Positions 56,908-64,000 of a stretch of DNA of 64,000 bases are shown piece by piece (position 1 is the first letter of the stretch; the number at the start of each line of letters is the position of its first letter). The stretch comes from Cyanophora paradoxa CCMP329 (Eukaryota > Plantae > Glaucophyta): contig QPMI01000089.1 in assembly GCA_004431415.1 (NCBI GenBank), positions 186,001 to 250,000 of the forward strand, given 5' to 3'. The position numbers and the translations under genes were made by a program. The notes beneath the pieces are model-generated. The model did no database searches. It was not told the DNA's origin and worked only from the letters and a program-made list of their open reading frames with translations.

Positions 56908-59900
56908 CTATCGAGTCGGGCCGAAGATACGGAGCGAGAGTAGCTCGAGTTTCGTCATTCGAACCTGTGCGATCGCGAGTGGTGCCCAGGCTCAAATTCG
57001 CCTCTCGCTACTTTACCCTTTCCCCTGCCTTCGAATTCCCACGTACCTTCTGTGGCGGGTCGATCTTGTACCCGCAGGCGATGAGGGACGCGATCGTTGC
57101 TGCGGGGGGGGGGGGGGGGGGGGGGGCGAACATTCAGGCGCGATCGGCAGCCCGATCTATAGCTAAGCTTCATCCGAATGATTTGATTTTAAATGAATTT
57201 TAAAGGATTTAAAGGCCACATCTACGTGCGCAGTGTACATGTGGGGACGGGGACGGGGTGGGATGGGGCCGCGGCCCGAGGTGGGACGGGGCCAAATAAA
57301 TGTAAACAAATACGGAAAACGTCTTCGAGATGCCCATGGCCACATCTATCATATATGCATTTATAAAATTAGATATAGGCTGCACCACGAGGAGTGATCA
57401 GGTTGTCGCGTTGGTCGCCTTCCTCGAGCAGCTCGTACGGGATCAGCCGGTGGTCTGCCTGTTATGCCATGATGGGTTCTGAAGCTCAGGCATCGCATGC
57501 GCATGCATTGCATGCGCGCATATATATGTATATATTCTATAGTATTGTAGTTATGTTTATACCTTCTTTTTCTTACTCCGAGCCTCGCCGTAGGTCCACC
57601 CTGTGGGTCGACGTCGGACTCAGCTCAGCTTCTATGAGAATATCAGTGGCGAGGCGCGCGCCGTCTTCCTTCTGTTTGAAAGCCCATTCGTTGAAAGAGT
57701 TTTTGGCGAGGAGCTCGATAAGCAATTGGTGATGGGGCTCGAGCTCGAGCCCCAGATAAAAGGGCTCCACAACCCGCGGCGCAAATCCGGGCTTCAGGCG
57801 CCTTTCCAAATCACTCAGCGTCAGCTCCCCGCCTTCCCCCGCCGGCGCCTCTTCTAGATCTCTTGCCAGCTTCGCCGCGAACGTCACCGTGCTCCGCTCG
57901 AGCCGTTCGAGCGACTTCTGCACCAGCAGCTCTGCGGTCACCTCCGGATCCTCGTCGCTGCTGGCCGGCAAAACCAAATTGGCTGTGAGAGGGAATGGGG
58001 GAAAGTGGGAGTGGGGGTGTTTTTCTGGGGAGGGGGGGCCGGGGGGGGGGGGGGGGGGGGGGGGGCGAGATACCCAGACGCTAGAATCTGGTATTCGAAC
58101 AGTGTGATCCCACGGATGACCTGCGGGGCGCAAGAGGAAGAGAAGGGTCGGACAAGGTCAGACTGCGCCACCTGCAGCTGAAACGGGTGCACGCACCTGC
58201 TTGACGGTGTCGATGTTCCACATCCTTGAGCCCATGTTGATGTCCCTGAACGGCGCCAAGTCCTGCGCGCGACGTCATGGCCCATGTGCATGCATGAGAG
58301 AGAGAAAAAAAACGGCGCACGGCGACGGCCCCGTCGGGCTTCGGGTCGGGGCCTTCCCACCAGAAGAACCCCTCCGGCTTGCGCAGCTGCCGGGGGCCTC
58401 GGCGAGGATCCGGAGAAGGAAAAGGCAGAGAGATCTAGAGGGGGGCGAGGGCAGAAGGAAGCGGGCTCGCCTTCTCGATGCACCAGGACTCGTGGACGAG
58501 CTCGGCGATGCGGTCGAGGAGGCGGGGGTCGAGCTGGTCCACCGGGTCCTCCGTCGTCTCCGCGATCCGCCGCGTGTTGTACGGCCTGGGCACGAAGGGC
58601 CGGATCCTCTCCCGCTCCAGGATCAGATTGTCGAAGCACGACTGCGGGAACGTCGAGAGGAAGCGGACGGTCTCCCGCTTGATCTGCCGCCCCCCGGGCC
58701 CGCCCTCGGGCCGCATTCAAAGAAGAGACGGGGGGAAGAGGAGGGTACCTTGATCTCGGAGACGTCGGCCTTGCCGCCGCCGGCGATCGTGAGCGCGCTG
58801 CGGACGATCTCCTCCATCTGCGCGCCCCCGGTCAGAGAGGGCACGGCAGGTCGGAGGCTTGGGGGAGGGGGGTACGGCGTGCCTCGTCGTAGCGGAGGGA
58901 CTCACGAATGATCTCAGTGTGCACACCATCCTGCGCATGCGCGCAGCAAGTGTGGCCTCAGCAAGTTCGGACGGGGAGCGGGGCGGGGCGGGGCTTCACG
59001 TTGGCGATGGCGGCAGCCAGAAGAAAGAATTCCTCCACGCGCCTGTCAAACGCGTCCGCCAGCAGCCTCAGTCGTTTAAACATTCTCTGCGGTTTTGGCG
59101 TCAGATTCTGGCATGCGCAGCGTCGATTCTGGCATGCGCAGCGCACCGAGACGATGTCGACGTTCTCAGGATGCTCCTTTAGTTCCAACAGCTTCAGGTA
59201 CGGGTCCACAAACTACGGGCCCCAGGGGGGAAGGGGAGGGTATAGGAAGGGTCGCAAGCGTCATGATCACGACGGGCCGGGATCGAAGGGGGGGGAGGGG
59301 GGGGGGGGGGGGGCGGGGGAGAGCGCGCGGAAGCGAGGGCCGGGAGTTCGAGCACCTTCGGGGCGATCGAGGCAGCGGGAGGGAGCGTCCCGGTAGAAGC
59401 GAGGGAGTTCGGGGCAGCGAGGGAGTTCGGGGCAGGCGCGGAGAGGGCCGGCACCGCCTCCGAGGTGGGGGCGACGAGGGGAAAGAGCGGAGCGAGGGCG
59501 GCGGGGCGCTCGACGATTGCGGGGACCTCCGAGAGCATTGCGGGGAGGCTCACACCCGATTGAGAACCCACGGCGACCCCATGTACGCGTGCAAGCACAC
59601 GTTTTTCATGATCATGATCAGGCATCATCTGCAGCGCCTTTGCCTACGACGATTCCATGTGTGAGAGAACTCGTCATGAGCACACGGCTGGGCATGACGC
59701 AGAGGCAGATGGGCTCGCCTTCCACTTGGAGTACTCATCTTCGGTGGACATCTCGCCGTACCGCATGAACTAAGCACATGTGGGGCCGGTCAATGATTCA
59801 CGAAAGACCGTCATATAATTAGCTATAGCGTGCATCGGCTCTCTATCTAGATCTTGATCTATCGCGTGCGCACCATCGTGTGGAGGGCGTTTATGTTGGA

Positions 59901-62888
59901 GGCCTCGTGCACCAGGTACGACATGTTGCGTTCCTCGGCCTCTCCGAACAGCTGTGGATCGGATCGAAAATCAACTCACCATTAGATATCAATCAGCAAA
60001 TGAGACATACGCCTTTTCTTTTGTAGAAATCTTCAAGCTCGCAAATGATGGCGAGCATCTCTTCCAGCTTGAAGGTCTTCCGTGCGGGAAAAAGTCCCGA
60101 GACGCTCCCGGTCCCTCCCTCCTTCAGCTCCTAATCATCAAATATAGACATAAGGACGCTGAGGCCAACAAGGGAGAGCTCGCGATCGAACATGCCTGGT
60201 TGCGGCCGGAGATGCGTATGAGCTCATTCTCAAGAACCGCGTCCTCCAGAATCGCCCTTGGGCAATCCAGTTGGAAATGCCCGAAGAGCGCTTTCGTACG
60301 GTCTTCAATCTGCAAAAATTCTGAGTTGGTGTAAACGCTTGAGCAGGCCTAGCTATAGGCCGGACCTGCTTGTAAGGGGTGAAGATGAAGGATGCGACCA
60401 GCTGGGCGCTCGTAGAGTGCGCAAGCCGCAACAGTGATCCAACGTAGATCTCAAGCTTCCTTGCCCGCTTGGCGCCCAGGGCGGTGCGGGCAACGACGCG
60501 GCACTTGAGGGAGACAGAACCGTCTTCCTTTAACTCTGGCTGCAGACCGCGGAATGTTCATCGATCAGCATGAGATAGGAAGGGATCGGAGTTCTGAAAG
60601 TGCAGGATCAGAAGCGCACGCTCTCGATAACCTGGAGGTGCAAATCGCCGTCCCAGGACGTCGACGATGGAGGCTGGAGAACGAGGTGGTGACCAAACTT
60701 GAGGTTCTCCAGCACGAAGAAACGGTACGCCTTCTTCGCCTCTACCACCGCTTTCACCACCTGGTATGGGGCAAGAATGAGCGCCCAGATGTGAAGCGGA
60801 TCGGAGCGGCAGCCACTGCGCGCCTTGGGCTCCCTCTCTTGGCGGGGTCCGGGCACGAGCTCCCTCTCGGCGGCCGCGGGGTCCGGCGTGAATTCAGGCG
60901 CTCGCATCAGGACCGCCTCACTCGATAGCTCCATCTGCGCTCGCCTGGTTTAATTTGATATAGTCTCCGTGCACAGGCAGCTGCAGGCGATCGCCGGGCA
61001 GGGACTCAAGGCACCACCACGATGTTGTCAACAGCGATGTCAATCGATGCAATATTAATGCGGCCTGGCAACGTGCGCGGCTTCACCAATCGGCTCACCT
61101 GCCGAAAGTAAGTAACAAGTGCAGTAAGCTCACTACAAAGAGCACCGTGGCCCGGAAGGTAAAGAGCTTGTTAAAATTAGACATAACTTCCTCTGGATCA
61201 GCTTCCGCTTGAAGTAGGGCCTCCTTAGTCACCGCCTCCTCTCCCGCAGATTGATAAAACTGGCAGGCGGCGTGCGTAAATTCAATTTTACGCACGGCAC
61301 TCAAAGAACTCAAACAAGCTAGCGCTCGGTACCTTTCCGATGATGGCAATGAAAATATTGATGAGAATGAGCGACACAACGATCACAAACGAGAAGTAGA
61401 AGAACCTGCGCGTGCGAAGGTGCACGTGCGAAGAAGAAGAGTCTAAGAAAGGGTGATGAAACGTGAATGGCGAACATGTACAACGCACACGCCGGCCCCC
61501 GGGGAGGCGTCGAGAAGCGAGGAGATCTCGAGGCCCCCGCCCAAATTGCCGAACAGGGTCGCGAAAGAGCCATAAAACGTAGTGAAACCTTCCAGCCGCG
61601 CTTAGCGGGGCGCGTGCTCGTTTCCTGGCGGAGCCATGCGCACTTTCAACCCTGTAGCCGAAGCTCACCCAGCCGAAGAAGGCGTATCCCCTGGGTAGAA
61701 AGTTAGAATAGGCGAATCTCCAGGAAAAACAAAGAGGGCTGCGGGGAAATCGATGCAGTACAGCGCACGCAAAGATGATGACAAAGATGACGAGGAACGC
61801 CGTCAGGTCGGGAACGGCCTGATCATATGCATAGGGGGGTTCGGGGTCTAGCTTTAGTTTGCAGAAGGCATGGGGCGGGGGGTATGTGCACGCCTGGCGG
61901 ACGGTGTTCGTGAGGATGCTGAGCCTTGGCTGCAACTCGAAAAACTGCAGGGCGAAGATCAGAAGAAAAAAAAGGGGAAAATTAGAGGGCGAGGGGAGCG
62001 AGGGAGGGATATGGGGGGGGGAGGGTGGAGGGGGAGGGGGGGGGCGGTCGCGCGCCTTGAAAATTCGGATGCAGCTGAAAAAATGGCGACACCCGCGATC
62101 TCCTGTCGGTGGTAACGGGCGTGGGTTAGCGACGGCTTCCCGGGTCCGCGGCAGGGAACTTCCCCATGCACCTGCATGCGGATCGTGTAGTCAACGGCTG
62201 TGCTGAGGTCATAGAAGAGCGATTGATCCAGCTCCCTCGCCACCGGCTGTATATATACGCATGAGGGATCACGTATGCCGGAGGGACTTGTTTGTGCCTC
62301 ACCCCGAGGGACTTGCTCATACCTCCCGCCCAGGTGAGGTACTCGCCATACTTGAAGAAGCTGGGACAGGGGAAAGTGGGGGGGGGGGGGGGGGGGGGGG
62401 GGGGGGTAATTATAATTAGTAATTAGGGGGTGTGCGCTTATAAGGGAATACGCGTAGCGCACAGGGCGATGATGAGTGCCAGGGTGGTCGCGTCGAAGGC
62501 GTTGGACCAGGTCCTTTTGGGGGCATAAGACGAAAACAGCATTAAACATTTCAGTAGTAGGGGTAGAGATTTCAGTAGAGAGCGATCGCGACGCACGCGA
62601 AGTAGGGGATAATGCCCTCGCGCCACATCTGCTTCACCTCAATGAAGACGTAGACTGTGGAGACGTTGACGTCAGATCTAGAATGGTGAGCGCACAGAGG
62701 TGGGCGGGCGCACTGCTGGAGAAGATAATGAACACGATGCCTGAGAAGATAATGAACACGATAATCAATAGCGAATTCGAGGATAGTCAACGTAAGACGC
62801 GGCGTAAGCTTAAGAATGGCTCACCGAGACCAAGGACCACGCTAGAATGGCCGCCGGCGTCGATCTTGCGTGCGCTGAGTGAATCAAC

Positions 62889-62919
<31 letters not shown>

Positions 62920-64000
62920 GGACCTGGACGGAGTTGGCGCGGGCGGAGTTGAAGGCCTGGCCCATCGCCTGGAACTCGGAGAGCAGCTCCACCACCAGGT
63001 ACGTCCCTGCCTCCCGTCAGCGAGGCGGGGGCGGTGGAGGGATGGCGCGCCGGCGGAAGGGGCGGCGGGGCGGGGGCGCGGGCGCGGGCACCGGTGTGGC
63101 GGTTGTAGAGGTTGAAGGTCGCCGTGACCGCCCGCGTCAGCTCGTCGTGCCACTGCGCCCCCCCGGCTTCGTGTTCAGCCGCCCGGCCGGCGACGGGCGC
63201 GCTTCCGGGCCCACGCATTGCCCAGGAGCAGCTCCCCGCCCCCGCCGTCCCCTGGCGCGGGCGCGGGCACGGGGGCGGCACCTTGTTGTCGATGAGGGCC
63301 TGCACCGCACCAACCGCCTCCGCCTCCGGCACCGGCACGTCCACCACGTACCCCCCGCGCCCGTAGGACCAGCTGTACCCCCCGTCCCGCAGGAAGGCCG
63401 CCGAGGGCCGCAGCTCGGGGAGCCCCTCCCGCCACGTCCACGTCACGTTCTCGTTCCCGTACGCGCTCCGGTCCTCCCCCGCGTCCTGCCGGGTACCCGA
63501 TTCCTCGTCAGGGGATGGGGGTACGTGTGCCGGACGCGCGGGCGCGCCTTGAACTGGCCGGAGCAGCGCGTGGTGGGGTCCTGCGTCCACGTGCAGGGGC
63601 GGGGCATTCCCCGGACCTTCGGGGGGGCGGGGGGGGGGGGGGGGGGGGGGTAAGCAAACCTTGGAGAAACCTTTTCGGGGCCCGCGGGGGGGGGGGGGGG
63701 TACCTGGCGTAGGCGGAGGGCGCCGAGGCGGGTGAAGAACATGGCGACGTCGGGGTTGCTGTCCGGGTCGATGAGGGGGATCAGCGTCCCCTGCACGTAC
63801 GCATAGAAGTCGCCTGCCGCGCCCCCCTCCCCCGTGAGCCGCGCGACGCGGAGCAGCCGGCGGCGGGGCGGGGCGGGGCGGGGCGGGGCGGGGCGGGGCG
63901 GGCTGACTCATGGTGTTGATGGCGGCGTAGGCGGAGTTGTCGGCGCCCCTCGCCACGAAGTTGAGGAAGGCCCCCGAGTCCAGCTGCGCGGCGCGGCGGC
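56908..64000 (-). CDS. Polycystin (PKD2/TRPP-type) cation channel with two C-terminal ryanodine-receptor repeats; 5' end beyond window
   Basis: PKD motifs: RLGALRLRQ, YGRGGYVVD, WHDELTRAVTATFNLYN, FIEVKQMWREG, WSNAFD, PRLSILTNTVRQAVPDL..FLVIF, GYAFFGWVSFG, FFYFSFVIVVSLILINIFIAII. RyR repeats: FVPRPYNT..LDRIAELVHESWCIEK..DLAPF..WNIDTVKQVIRGI and FAPRVVEP..LIELLAKNSFNEWAFKQKEDG..HRLIPYELLEEGDQRDNLITPRATIASLIACGYKI. Splicing of 58900-61100 is not fully resolved. Confidence 0.78.

Noticed and set aside
56050-63700. Long poly-G/poly-C tracts as specific functional elements
   Set aside because: They are common in introns and intergenic DNA throughout the window and their lengths are unreliable. 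G-quadruplex potential alone is not evidence of function.
202-63956. Most long Arg/Gly/Pro/Ala-rich ORFs in the six-frame track (e.g. 39959-42964, 32207-33979, 34954-36717)
   Set aside because: They are largely shadow or off-frame ORFs caused by high GC, overlapping better-supported spliced genes.
1-64000. tRNA, rRNA or other structured RNA genes
   Set aside because: None was recognised by eye; a covariance-model scan would be needed to exclude them.

Overview
GC-rich, intron-dense eukaryotic nuclear DNA with mostly ~50-90 nt introns (GT-AG and several GC-AG), so the long six-frame ORFs are mostly shadows and I rebuilt genes by manual splicing. The source is inferred to be a glaucophyte alga (Cyanophora-like), from Phe-initiated plastid transit peptides (MAFV..., MTASF...) and a Cys-Cys phytochrome of PAS-GAF-PHY-PAS-HK-REC type. 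Genes in order: RNase III-TPR fusion (+); plastid fructosamine/ribulosamine kinase (-); plastid Blh-type beta-carotene 15,15'-dioxygenase (+); EF-hand-like hypothetical (-); tandem-cysteine phytochrome hybrid kinase (-); a second phytochrome (-); a low-complexity hypothetical; a TPR protein; a head-to-head paralog pair sharing an 'NYLLKM..DLDF' domain; a plastid hypothetical; a giant FN3-repeat protein with a ~10 kb 624-bp exonic tandem array; and a polycystin-type channel with two C-terminal RyR repeats, truncated by the window end. The top finding is the second phytochrome (16496-21210, -). It splices in frame into a Q-rich region, a bHLH-leucine zipper, an NLS, and PAS-GAF-PHY-PAS with no kinase. 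That makes it a candidate single-component, bilin-based light-switchable transcription factor, lying in tandem with a kinase-output phytochrome. All domain calls come from motif recognition by eye; no searches were run.
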